Part shown: in pieces, positions 38,901 through 51,829 of the stretch
Layout of the letters: the number at the start of each line of letters is the position of its first letter
How positions within the stretch are numbered: the first letter of the stretch is position 1
Assembly: GCA_050084985.1 (NCBI GenBank)
Contig: JBITNC010000001.1
Location: 21,576,001 to 21,640,000, forward strand
DNA: 64,000 bases
DNA from: Nageia nagi
Taxonomy: Eukaryota; Plantae; Pinophyta
Direction: 5' to 3'
Translations under genes and position numbers: made by a program
The notes under the pieces: generated by a model
What the model was told of the DNA's origin: nothing
Database searches by the model: none
What the model saw: the letters and a program-made list of their open reading frames with translations, nothing else

Positions 38901-41900
38901 AAATCCAACATATACACTAGAAACCATCTTTCTTATTTACCAATATAATTGGAGAAGAATATGGGCTTATGTAGGTTGGATTACTTCTGCATCCAATAGT
39001 TCCTTAACCAATTTTTCAATTTCATTTTTTGTAAACAAGGATATTGATAAGGATGAATGTTTGGTGGGTGACTTCTTGGCACTAACTAGATAGCATGATC
39101 ATGTGATCATTGGGGTGATAAGCCCATTGGTTCCTCAAAGGTCCTTGAATGCTTACTTAATATGGGCTATAGATCCTTAGGCTCTATGATTTTAGATTGA
39201 TGATTGATAGATATAACTATGCTAGCATCCCTTTTCTAATTTTTCAAAGGATCTTTTCATGGATGTGAGCTCACAACTTATACAGATTCACCTATAATCC
39301 TCTAAGAGTATGCTCTTGTTATCTATTTTTAAGGTCATCCATAGCTCTATAAAATTCCATTGTACGATGCCCAAATTCCTTAGCCATTATACCCCCAAAA
39401 CTATATCACATCCCCTAAGTGGTAAAGTGTACATGTGCTTTTCAAAGTATAGAGTTCCATGCTTAATTTGACATTATGACATGTGCCTTTACATGCTATT
39501 TTTCCTCCATTACCAACCATAACCTTAAAATTATTTGTAGGGTGAATGTAAAGTCAACAACCTTAGCCACTTATGGATCAATGAAATTATGAGTACTTCC
39601 CGAATCCAACAATATTATGAGAGGTGCTTTTTAAAAAACTCTTTGACCTTCATAGTTTAAGGGGTGATAATTCCTACCAATGCATTATAAGTGATAACTA
39701 GGGCCTTCTCATTTGGAATTTCCTTTGTAGCCTCTTTTGGTGCACTCTCATATTCCTCCTCATAGGAGCATTAGCAAGAAAATATAACTTTTATTATGTA
39801 CAATGATGACCACAAACAAATTTCTCATCAAATTATAGCACAAGCCCTTTTTTGATGCTCTTCCATTTTCTCCCACATCAACTTCTTAGTTTGCATTATG
39901 AGATTTAGTGGTGGGGCACTTATGTTATTAGAGGAATGGGAATTATTATGTGTTTTGGTGAATGGAGGTCTTGCATTTATCGATGAGCACTAGTTTTATC
40001 TTCAATAAGCTTTGCTAAGGTAATAGCATCCATCATAGTTTTGGGATTAAACATTTTGACCTTTGGTTTAATTTCTTCCTTTAATCCACTAATAAAACAA
40101 CTTGTGAAAAATGCATTGTCCAACCCATTTGTGTGATTTGCCAATTTCTCAAATTGGTTTTGGTATTCTTTGACTGTTGTAGTTTGATGTAACTTAGTCA
40201 ATGCCCCTATGAAATCTTCATAGTCACTAGGACCAAAATAGATTGATAATTGTTGAGTGAATTCATCCCATGAAGGAGCAAGATGCATTTTTGTGTACCA
40301 TTGGTGCCATTAGAGAGCCTCACATTCCAAATGAAAAATGCCATGCACACCTTCAAATCCTATGGGATTTGGTTCAAATTGAAATACTATCCATCTTTAT
40401 AAATTCAGCCAGTGGGATTATCTTTATTAAATCAAAGAAAATCCAATTTGGTTGCACGAGTAAGAATGAAACCACCTTGTTGGCCCTGAAAGTTATGATG
40501 ATACCCTTATGGATTTCTTGACTACCTTTATTGCTATGAACTAAATGCATTGTTGGTATGATTGAGACTTAGTTGAACACTATCAATTTACTATTAAGGG
40601 TTTGTATTTATGTCTGTATTTGTTGAATTTTTGCTTTGAATGTACTAGTAAGTGTATCTAACATTTGTTGGATCATAGTTTGAAATGTCATCATGGTAGG
40701 ATCATCTTGTGCTACTATTTGGGATCTTATTTTAGGAGCCATTTCTAAAATTGCTATTTCTAAAGTTGATATTTTTGGAAATAACTATTTTTAGAAAGTG
40801 CTCAAAAAAAGTGTATGGGTGTAATATATCAAAATGGTCAGCTTGAAAAGATGATCACAATGGGTTAGGTCTCTTGATGATGATTTTCAAACCCCTAGAC
40901 TATTTTTTTTACATATGTGGTCTATCTGCTTTTGTTAAGAATTGTTAAAATGGTATAGATTTATAGTTATTTAGCTCTAAAGTTTTTGCTACCTCTAAAC
41001 TACTATTTTTGGTGGCTTTGAAAAATTGCATGTCGTACATTCTACTTGTTGATTCAAGGTTTTTTATGTGATGGAAAAATTCTAAGTAAGGATTATTTGC
41101 TCTATAGGCTTGTCTAAACACCCCTCCTATCCAACTTTCATAAGGAAAGAGGCTACAGAGATGGCATCTGTGATAAGTAACTTTCTAGTGGCACTTGTTG
41201 GTGCACTATAGTTTACAGATGATTGACATAGCTTCCTACCTATCTTTTATTTATAGCCTATATAGTCTTTGATATACCTTTTGGTATGTGGATGTCCAAT
41301 TATATGTAGGGTTCTATATGAGGCTTAAGTATTGGTGGAAAGTTTTTTGCACCTCACTTCACACATAGCTTTATAGGAAAGTGTACTTAGCCAAAAATGA
41401 TAGATCCTCCTAGATATTTTAAAACCTCTGGTACAGGATTTCTAGCTTAGACCTCTAAGAATGTTTTTTTATTTTCCTATAGTAGAATGGCCCTAGAAAG
41501 AGCTCTAATCCTAGATGTTATGATGCTACAAATATGAAAAGGGAAATATTGCAAAAATGAAATGAATATTAATTTGAAATAGGAAAATGAAAACTATCTA
41601 TTGGAAATAACAGAGCATGCATTGGTAATTAGAATACAAAATAGCATCAACAAGTAGATAAGGATAAGATTTTACTAAATATTGATAGAATCATAGGCCA
41701 CTTTGAGGGGGCTACCTCCTTACAACTCCAAAGGTGAAAAAAAATGTTCAAGATGTATTTCTCCACACACTTCTATCTATTTATATTAAACTAACCCAAA
41801 TGCTAATAGTAATGCAAAATTGGGCCCCACCCTTATAATCATAATATTATGATTTACAATATAGGCCAACAATTTAATAAAATACTAATACTATTACTAA

Positions 41901-41925
41901 AATGTTAGAATGTTGGATCCTAACA
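35945..41925 (-). mobile_element. Reina-like Ty3/gypsy chromovirus nested in the Tekay RT
   Basis: LTRs of about 405-410 bp at 35945-36349 and 41516-41925, both ending GGATCCTAACA. Degenerate PBS at about 41502-41513. The host RT resumes on both sides. The TSD is not recognisable. Confidence 0.88.
36360..40742 (-). pseudogene. Reina-like gag-pol (gag, PR, RT, RNase H, integrase, chromodomain), decayed
   Basis: MAPKIRSQ start at 40742; gag SWDEF...KLHQTTTVKEYQNQFEKLA; PR LLDSGSTHNFID (about 39575-39610); [13 protein letters not shown]; RH FVIESDACGVGI; IN WTDILMDFIEGLPKS and SSAYHPQTDG; chromodomain VQWQGMALEDATWE (about 36425-36468). Confidence 0.9.
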
Positions 41926-43976
41926 AGTTCTATTCCTTCCATGAATCTCATAAACAACATATTTTAGTACTCAATAAATTTGTGTTAGTATTTTTAGATG
42001 ATATTTTGATTTATTCAAGAAATAAGAAAGAACATGACTATCATATCAAGTTGATTTTAGAAGTATTAAGAAAATATTAGCTATTTGGAAAAATCTCTAA
42101 ATGTGAATTGTATACCTCCAAAGTTTAGTATTTGGGACATATAATTTTGGTTAATGATGTGTCAGTTAATCCCAAAAAGATAGAAGCTTCATGAGGTGGC
42201 CTTCTCCTACTAATATGATTGAAATAAGAAGTTTCATGGGACTTGTAGGTTATTACCAATTCTTTGTAAAGTATTTCTCTAGAATAGAAAATCTTATTAC
42301 AAGTCTTCAAAAGAAAATTAAGCCTTTAAGTGAACCAAAAAATGTGAAAAAAAACTTTGAAACCCTAAAGGAAAAACTCATAATTACTCTAATTCATGTT
42401 ATACTAGATCCTTTTAGAGATTTTATAATATGTACTAATGCTTCTTTACTTAGTCTAAGGTGTGTGTTTTCTCAAAGTGATAGACCTATAACATATGAAT
42501 CTCGCAAGTTAAAAACTCATAAAATAAATTATCCTATGCATGATCTTGAAGTGGAAACTATTAATAATGCACTAAATATATAGAGGAATTATTTGTTAGG
42601 ACTACCTTTTGAGTTAAAATCATATCACAACAAAAGCTTAAAGTATATTTTTACTTTGAATGACCTTAATGCATGCCAAAGTAGATGTATGGAGTTCTTG
42701 GCTGAATATGAATTTGTTATAAATTACATTAAGGGACATGAAAATAAGGTTGTGGATGCTTCAAGTAGACATAGATACCTTATGGTTATGAAACAAAGTC
42801 ACTTTGATTTATTAGATCAGGTTAATGAATTTCAAAACCATGATGATTATTTTCTTAAGATTGGTAATAAATTAGAAAAATTTGATCCTTAAAATAAGGA
42901 TTTTGGTATTAAGGATGGATTTTTATTCTTTAAAGATAGGATTTTTATTCTAGATATTGGTGGTATTAAAAAATAGTTATGTAGGAACCACATCAATCTC
43001 TTTTTTCTTCTCATCCTAGTGGTGCAAAAATGTGGGAAAATATCAAAAAGACTTTTTATTGGTGTGGAATGAAGAAGGATGTTAATGAATTTGTAACTAA
43101 GTGCTTTGAATGCTAGAAAGTTAAAGAAGAACATCAAAATTTAGGTGGTTTATCTTATCCACATAATATTCCCATACAAACATGGTAAAATATATCAATG
43201 GATTTCATTATTAGTTTGTGTAGAATGTGATTTTATCATGATGCCTTCATTTTCATAGTTAAATATCTCACTAAAGTGGCTCATTTTATTCTAGGAAACA
43301 TAGTGGATGATGTTTTAACTATTACACATAAGTTCATTAATGAGATTATTTTGTTATATGGGTTTCTTGAAGTGATAATTTTAGATAGGGATCCCAAGTT
43401 CAATTCTCAATTTTGGAGAACCTTGCATCAAGCTATAGGTACTAAACTAAATATGATTTTTACATATCACCCACAAATAAATGGTCAAATTGAACATGTT
43501 AATGGATTTCTTGAAGATATACTATTGATGTATTGTGTAGATCAAAAAAATAAATGGGAAGATTACTTGTACTTGATTGAGTTTGCTTATAATAAATGTT
43601 TTGAGGTGTTATATGGAAGAAAGTGTAGAACTCCATTATTGTGGGTTAATCTAGAAGATTAGGTAGTGATTGAACTAGATAATCTAAAGGAAATGCAAGA
43701 GCAACTCACAATGATTTGAAAATAACTTAAAGAAGCATCTGATCATCAAAAGAGTTATGATTTTTTCAAAATAACTCCATGAGAATTCTTTGTAGGTGAT
43801 AAAGTATTCTTACAAGTTTGGCCTCTAAATAGTTCCATAAAGTTTACTAAATTGGATGCATGGTTTGTAGGGCCTTTTGAGATTGTAGGAAAAATAAGTC
43901 CAATTCCCTATAAAATTGCCTTACCACCTATTTTTTGAGAGATTTATGATGTCTTTCATATATCTCTACTTAGGAA
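41926..43976 (+). pseudogene. Tekay-like RT C-terminus, RNase H and integrase (decayed)
   Basis: [13 protein letters not shown]; IRSFMGLVGYYQFF; PITYESRKLK..YPMHDLE; IILDRDPKFNSQFW; YHPQINGQIEHVN; FVGPFEIV; YDVFHISLLR. Confidence 0.9.
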
Positions 43977-44199
43977 TTTTATTATTTTTTCTTAGATTAA
44001 AGAGTGAATTTTAAGGAATTGTGATTATGTATACATTGCTAGTCAACAAATATATATGATGATCATGAAAAAATAAGGCTATAGTAAGCCCCTAATATAA
44101 ACTAATACTAACTAGGGTATTGTAGTAACAACATAGGCATGGAATCTTTAAAAAGATGTAAATAAAAAATAACTATTTGCCCATTTTGACCATAGCATC

Positions 44200-45303
44200 C
44201 ACCAAGATCTTCCCGACCACCTCAATGATACAAATTACTTCCTACATAATCCCTTTAAATATCCCATTTTGAGTATGATCTAGCTAGTTCAACTTATATC
44301 ACCAATGGATTCCATAAGATCCATAACTACATCCACCTGGGTGTTATCATTGTTTCCCTCATGTGGATTCTCTAGACCCACACCCTCTATTGTGATATCC
44401 TCCTTGCACTTCTTAGGCTCCTCAACCTCCTCCTTTGTTATTTCCTATGAATTCTTCTCAACTTATGACTCTTAATCCTATGTAGTAGAATATACTACCA
44501 TTAAAACATTAATCTTATTCTAGTTGGGTGTCTTTTTAGGGGTCCAATACACATCCTCTTGCTTCACAAGCTTATATAGTTTGGGGGTCTCCACTCCTTT
44601 GGGTGTTCCCTACTTCTTTGATCCTTCATGCATTAACACCATTAATTGGAGAGGCTTGATCAATTTAAACTTCTCTTTCAATCCCCCTTTAAAACCACAT
44701 GCTTAAAAATCATTTTAATGAATACTTAGTGGACCAAAACCTCACATCTCTTATGCTAGATATCATCTACCATATTATCTAGCTCCGCATATAGAAAATC
44801 TAGGACATTCATCTTCCACTCCTACAAGTGGTTTATAAATGTAAAATAAAAAATTCAAACTTAGCTATCATAGTTATGAAATTTAATGTATTTCATAATA
44901 ACCATATCCACCTCTACCCATTGTGTAGACAATGTGATATGAACAACATTAGCATGGTTCCTTGGTAATTCATACTCCCTTGTATATAATTTCACTAGAT
45001 CTAGTTTGAGACTATGGTGATCTTAGAGGATAACCTCAAAACACATTTTCAATCCTATCACCTTGGTCAACACTACTTGGTTCACTTTGAAGGAAATGCT
45101 AAAGGCATCCACCATGGCTTCCTTTCATCTTGTAGTAAATTGCCTTGATAACTCTTCATCATAGACATCAAACCTCTCCAAGAAGGATAGAATACCTCCC
45201 TCTCTAGAATATTATGCACCATATTTAACACATTCATAACCTTAGGCTCAATATGAGTCTCCAAAGGACCTTCATAGTTCCTCTTAGGGATTTAGGGAAC
45301 CAT
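44200..45303 (-). pseudogene. LINE-C ORF3 (accessory protein of unknown function, decayed)
   Basis: Reads HIEPKVMNVLNMVHNILER(fs)GILSFLERFDVYDEELSRQFTTR*KEAMVDAF...KVIGLK...LSTQWVEVDMVIMKYIKFHNYDS*V*IFYFTFINHL*EWKMNVLDFLYAELDNMVDDI*HKRCEVLVH*VFIKMIFKH, then a charged tail. Homologous to 6590-7194. Start and end are approximate. Confidence 0.78.
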
Positions 45304-47676
45304 TTTCAAAATTATGAAATTATAGAGCTTAATTTCATAGCCACCCATAAAATAGATGTTGAAGAAACCTTGAGTTCACCTCTTATGCTGAAAGGATATC
45401 ATGTTCTCATGAAAAATCTTCAAATTTGAGCTAATGCATCAAAGATATGCTACTGAGGGGAGATCTTATGTTGAATGACCATCATATGTTCTAGTGTGGG
45501 AATTGGCTTGCACCCTTATCAAATCATCATTAACCTTGTAAAACATGTTATGGTAAGAAGTACATCATCCTTTTCATAACACTAGGCTTAGTGAATGCCA
45601 TGAGATTAGGGGTGTTAAAATTATTGTTACACCAATTTTCCATCTATAGCAATGATTGCATTGAGGTGGCAAGGATGCCAACTGGCTACACATCCATAAG
45701 TTACATAAATTATCCACATCATACACTCCCTCATACCTAAAATGATCACCAAATATGAAAATTAAAAAAATAGCCAACACCCCTCCTAAAAAAAATCTCC
45801 TTCCCACATCCCAAAACACTCCACTACTCAAATCTTCTCTGGTATGAATCCCCTAGAGCCATCATTGCTCCTTGTAAATAACAACTCCACTTCTTTTTTA
45901 GCCTAATTGTGGGTTAAGGTTTAGGATGTTTTCCTCTAAAATAGTCACCTTCACCATGCTTATAACCTCATTGGCTAAGTGGTTAGTCATATACATTGGC
46001 CTCCCTAAAGTATATAATCTTCACAAACAAATTTCCACATGGTTTAGTAATTACCTCTAGCATCCAACATCATGGTCTAAAATAATTCTAGCTAGGAATA
46101 GTAAACACCTTTAGAATAATTCACAATATTCATCAAGTCCCCTACCACTATTAAATTGGGGCATCTTAGCTTTCTTATAGCACTTAAGTAAATGAATGGT
46201 ACCTAGGCCTTTGCATAGTGACTTATTTTCTACCCTAGAGATTTTGTAAATTTCATAATGATTCTACCTTAGTGAACTCACACAAAACCTCCAAATTTGG
46301 CCTGTTCCCAGTTCCCTATTTAAGCTCCATCAAAATTCAACATCAACTATCCCATTGGGGGAGGGTTCTAGATGGCCTCCAACCTTGGATGTGAAGTAGG
46401 GTATCACTTCTTCTCTCCATGCCCAAATTCATCAAAGTTAGCCTTTCTTTGGACATCTCCTAAACATTCTTAAACTTGATGGCCTCTAGACTTTCCTTTA
46501 CAAAATTTCAAATATTAGTTTCCACTTTAGAAGCTTGGTTATCTTCCCTCTTGAAGACTATGTAGTTTTCCTCCTTCCACACACCCCACTCCAAGTATGG
46601 CAAACTAAGGTTCAAAATTTTTTCTAATCAAGTTCTTCTAAAAGAGCTAATCCATTATAGATAAAAATCCTTTAAATTTTGGGCATACACCCATTAGGTT
46701 TGATAGAGGAAAAGAAGATGATCAAACACTTGCTTAGTATACTCATAGCTCACCAAGAGATGATCCACTTGTCTATAGTTAAGATTTTATTCTTTACTAC
46801 CATCTAAGAGAAGAGGCCACCTTTAGGATGATATATTTAAACCACACATGGCTATACCATACTCAATCCTCTTATACCACTTCCAGAGCATTGTACCTTT
46901 ACTTTTTTAGTAGGAACCTTATTTGTGACTTTTTCATATAAATGATTCTTCCACATTACCACTTTTAGGGAAATAGGACTACAAAGTATTATTGAGGATA
47001 TCTAATGAAGATTGTTGGATGTCACCAAACCCTCAATCTATAGCCTATTCCACCTTCTTCTTTCCATTGTTACCTCCAAATAATCACCAACCCAAAGCCC
47101 AAATATAGAGGTCCAAAAAATAGATGAACATTCAGGTGTGCTTCTCTTAACCAAACATCTTCCCAAAAATGTAATGAAGTCCCATAATAACCCAACCTCT
47201 ATTCCTTTTGAAGGATGTAATATCCCCAAAATTCACAAAATGTGATTTTGTTAAAGTGTAATATTCCAAAGTTGAAATATCACTACTTAGGAATTTATAT
47301 ATATTTTTATATTTTTCTAACTAGCTCAATTCAAATCAGATCTCAAATTGAATAAGAAATAGAGCCAGAAATGAATTTTATTCTTTAAGAGCTAGGATGT
47401 CCCAAATGGCAAGTACAATACTCAAGGAAAAATACCCAAATGCTCAAGAAGCGGGATGTTTGCCCTCACAAGGTAGATTTGGATGATCTGGCCCTATAAG
47501 TTCTTCAACCTCTTCTCCCCAATACTGGACGAGCCTCCTCACACTAATTTGATTGGTCTAGATCTAGGATGTGCCTCCTCACATGATTTGGTAGGTTAGA
47601 TTGGATCTAGAATATGGCCACACTAGCTGGATCTGGATCTACCCCACTGACTAGATCTAGATCAGGGATGAAATAG

Positions 47677-47810
47677 TTCCACCACACTGGCTCGAACTAT
47701 TCTAGTAACTCCACCTCACTAGCTTGAGCTACTCTAGCAACTCCACCTCATTGGCTCAAGCTATTATCCTAGCTTAGGTAAGAACTCCTCCACAATAGCT
47801 CGAGCTCTCC
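47677..47810. repeat. 32-bp tandem repeats inside the LTR (also at about 52296-52430)
   Basis: CTCCACCTCACTRGCTYGAGCTACTCTAGCAA-type units start at 47677, 47709 and 47741, with a partial unit at about 47785. Confidence 0.85.
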
Positions 47811-48314
47811 CACTAAGCTAGCTAGAAGCTACAACTCCACTAGCTACTAACCCCTAGAAAGAGATAAACTCTGATGATCTTCAAGCATGCCCCCAAATGA
47901 TGCATCCCATCTCCTTTTATAACATGATCTCTCATACCTTGGAATCACCCAAAGTGTAAATCCCTCTTTTGGTGTCTTGGGATGACAAATTAAATCATTT
48001 AAGGACCTAGGAAGCCCAACATCCCACAATGGTTACCTAGAGATGCCAAATTACAAGATCAATAGTTCATAAATGCAACATCCCATTATGAGAGACTAAT
48101 ATTGCATTAATTACAAATAATTGAGCCAAATTAATTAAATAAAATCCAAGGGTGAGTGCCTCAAGGGTCTCTTTAGCCTTGGTTATAGAGATAAATGCAA
48201 AATATTAATAAAATACTCCTAAATTAATTTATTTTTGGTTTCTCCTCCTTTGCCATGAACGTCACACTCTAAGAGGAGAGAAAGTGGACGTTTTACAAAT
48301 TTGGGGACATTACA

Positions 48315-51300
48315 AGTCTCCACTTCCTGAATTGCTTGCCCCCTAAGCAACTCCAAGCTGGATGTTCCAGAATTCTTTTCCTTCCCATGGCATCTTCTAG
48401 TGGCAAACCCTTCCATTTGAGCAAATATTCTACAATGCTATGGTTTCTTAGCTTTTTCTCTCTTATTTCAAGCACTTTTTTAGACTCAAAAGTAATTTTC
48501 CATCTTCATGCCAAGGGTGGGAGTTCCAAGGAAGGTGTGATGTGATGCCCTAGTACCCTTTTGAGGCAAGATACATGGAAGGTGTTATGAATTTTACTGT
48601 TAGGAGGAAGATCTAGTTTGTAGGCCACCTATCCTACTTTCTTAATGATCTTGTATGGACCATAAAACTTGGGTTGAAGCTTTACCACTTTCTTCAGGTG
48701 TTGCAGTATGGTGTAATCTAATACACCATACTCACTTCAAAGGAGCACTCCTCTCTTTGCTGATCTACATACTTTTTTATTGTTATTGAGCCACTGTATG
48801 TTTTCTTTGAGGGATTTCAAGATATCTTTCTATTCCTATAAAAATTCATTAGCTTTGGGGACCCTACAATCATCAAAGAATAAATCAAAAATGAGTAGCT
48901 TCATACCCATAAAGAGCATGAAAGGGAGTCATCTTGATGGATAAGTGGTAGGTGGTGTTGTAGCAATATTCTCCCAAGTGTAACCATTTCAACCATGATT
49001 TTTGCTATCCTATCACATAATTTCTAAGGTAGCCTTCTAACCATTTGTTTACTACCTCTATTTGCCCATCTTTTGGGGATGGTAACTGGTGCTAGGGGTC
49101 AAATTCATCCCAGTTAATCTAAAAAGTTTTTGCTAGAACATTCTCACAAATCTGTTATCCTTGTCACTACTATATTTTTTGTAGCCCATGATTTTTGAAT
49201 ATTTCCCTAAAAAAAAGTTCAACTACCTGAATTGCAGTAATAGTGGTGGAAATAGCAAAAAAGTGAGTGTATTTGGTAAACCTTGTACTATTACTAGAAT
49301 ACAATCTTTACCTTGAACCTTGGGTAGACTAGTGATAAAATCCATCGAATACTTTCCCATTTTTGTTCTGAATGGGTAGAGGTTGTAGAAGTCTAGTAGG
49401 CAATGATTTTTCTTCCTTTTTTTACTGACACATGGTGCATTCCCTCACATGTTGCAATACATCTCCTTGAGGCCCTTCCAAGCAAACCTTTCTCTCAGGA
49501 GTTTGTGGTCTTGTAGTATCCTAGAGCCCTACCAATGGGATGTCATGAGTGGCTAAAAGAAGTTTTTTCTTGAATTTAGATTCAGGCACTAAAAATATTT
49601 GTCCCTTGTACAAGATCAATCCTTCCTGTAGTGTGTATCCCTCTTTTTGTAGATTCCATCAATTATCTATGAAGCAAATTTGTTCTTGGTATATTTTACC
49701 TAAATGGAGGCCTTCCAATTGGAAATAACAGTAGAAAGTGAATAGAAGGAGGGGTGCCTTGATAATGCATCAGCTACCACATTCTTCTTCCCCTTGACAT
49801 ATTCTATATCAAAATCGTATGCTTGTAGTTTGGTGTCCCATTTTTGTTGCCTTTCATTTAAATCTTGCTACCCCAAGAAATACTTCAAACTATTATGGTT
49901 AGTTTTAACTACAAATTTCCCACATACAAGTATTGCTTAAATTTGACTAACGCATGCATGATGGCTAGCATTTCCTTGTCATAAATGCTAAAAGTTTATT
50001 CTATTTAGTGAGCTTCCTACTTTCATAAATAATAGGTCTTCCTTTTTGTGATAAAATAGCCCCAATACCTATTCTAGAGGCATCACATTCTATAGTAAAT
50101 GGTATAGAGAAATTAGGCATAGCCAACATGGGACAAGTGGTCATTACCTCTTTTAACCTTCAAAGGCCCTTTGAGCCTCATTGCTCCAAATGAAAGAATC
50201 TTTCTTGGTCAGATCTTAAGTGGAAAAGTTAGCTGTGAGAATCCTTTGATGAACTACCTGTAATAATTACACAATCCAAAAATGCCCTTAAATGTGTTAA
50301 ATTGCTAGGGGTGGGCCATTCTGAATTGAGGTAATCTTTTGTTGGTCAACCTGTACTCCTTCCTTGCTAATTACATGCCCCAGATACATTACTTGAGTTA
50401 GGCTAAACTCACACTTAGATTGTTTGGCAAAGAATTGGTGCCCCTTTAAGACACTTATCACCACATCCAAGTGTTGGAGATGCTCTTCCCATGTTTTGTT
50501 GTATACCAAGATATCATCAAAGAAGACTAACACAAATTTCTCAATTTTCCCTAAAGATCTGATTCATGGCAAACTAAAAAGTAGTGGATCATTAGTTAAT
50601 CCAAATGGCATTACCAAAAATTCAAAATGTCCATAATGACAAAAAGGCTATTTTATGTACATCTTCATCTTTCATCTTTATTTGATGATATCCTTGATCT
50701 AAGATCTATTTTGGAAAAATATTGAGCACCATGTAATTATCAATTAATTCATCTACTCTAGGGATGGGATACCTATGTTTGATAGTCTTCTTGTTGAGTA
50801 GTTGATAATCTATGTACATCCTCATGGTTCTGTCCTTCTTCTTGACCAACACTACTAGAGATGCAAAGGGGCTAGTGTGGAGTGAATATATCCCATGTCT
50901 AGAAGTTCCTTAATGTCTTCTTGATCTCATTTTTGAAAGCATGTGGATGCCTGTATGGTGTCACAATTACTAGTTTGGCCCCTAATTCTAACTCGATGTG
51001 ATGCTCAAATCCTCTGCTAGGTGGAGGTTCTTTAGAGAGTTCTTTGAAAACTTTGCTATGTTTCTTCAATATTCATTGTATATCTAGATGGGCCTAATCT
51101 AACTTCTGCTATGTTGAGATGGTGAATGTAGTGCTCCAAAGGATGTCTTCTTTTTCTAGCTCTTTTTCAATCTCTTGTGAGGATACTTGTATAACTTCCA
51201 TTCTCTTGAAAGTGGCACTTGGTGATGCTTTCCTCTTACTATCTCAGAGCATGATATCCTTTCCTTGATACTTGAATCTGATCTCATGAGTACAATAGTT

Positions 51301-51816
51301 GGTCTAGAATTCTCTAAGCAATTTGATCCATGGGGCTCCTAATACCATAGTGACATCCTGCAAGGGATAGACCAAATATTCTCCTATAAATGAATATTCC
51401 CCTATTTGAAAACCAAAATTGCTTACCCTCTGAGAATAGTTGGTGACTTCATCTTTGGAGTTAGAGACACAAAAATCCCTATCATTGTTACATGTTATTT
51501 GTTATTTCTGGATGAATTCTAAGCTAATGAAGTTATGTGTGGCCTTCCCATCAATCATGATTTTTACTAGAATAATTCCAAATTTTTCTTTTAAATAAAA
51601 TGTAGAGGGATGTGATGTACCATGTACTAAAGTAGGGGTAGGAGGTGGATCTAAAGATTTTTCCTTAAATACCTCCATGTAATGATGATGTCTTTGCCCT
51701 TTATAGGTGTGTTCAGAGATCCATTTGCTTTAACAAAACCAACATAATTTTATCATCATCCTTCCTAAATTGGTACAATCTCCCCTTTTCATTTTTTCCA
51801 AGCTAGTAGGAAACAT
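48315..51816 (-). pseudogene. pol (zinc-knuckle relic, PR, RT, RNase H, integrase, chromodomain), decayed
   Basis: IMIDGKATHNFIS (about 51525-51560); LVFFDDILVYNKTWEEHLQHL; FTIECDASRIGIG (about 50060-50100); MDFITSLPKVQGKDCI; FYGPYKII; EYLLKWKGLPLEDA. Confidence 0.9.
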
Positions 51817-51817
51817 G

Positions 51818-51829
51818 GCTCTGATACCA
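51818..51829 (-). promoter_or_regulatory. Primer-binding site (tRNA-iMet)
   Basis: GCTCTGATACCA on the + strand is TGGTATCAGAGC on the minus strand, 1 nt from the LTR. Confidence 0.95.

Noticed and set aside
35940-41930. TSD of the Reina-like element
   Set aside because: The flanks TGGGC and AGTTC match at only 2 of 5 positions, so no TSD is claimed.
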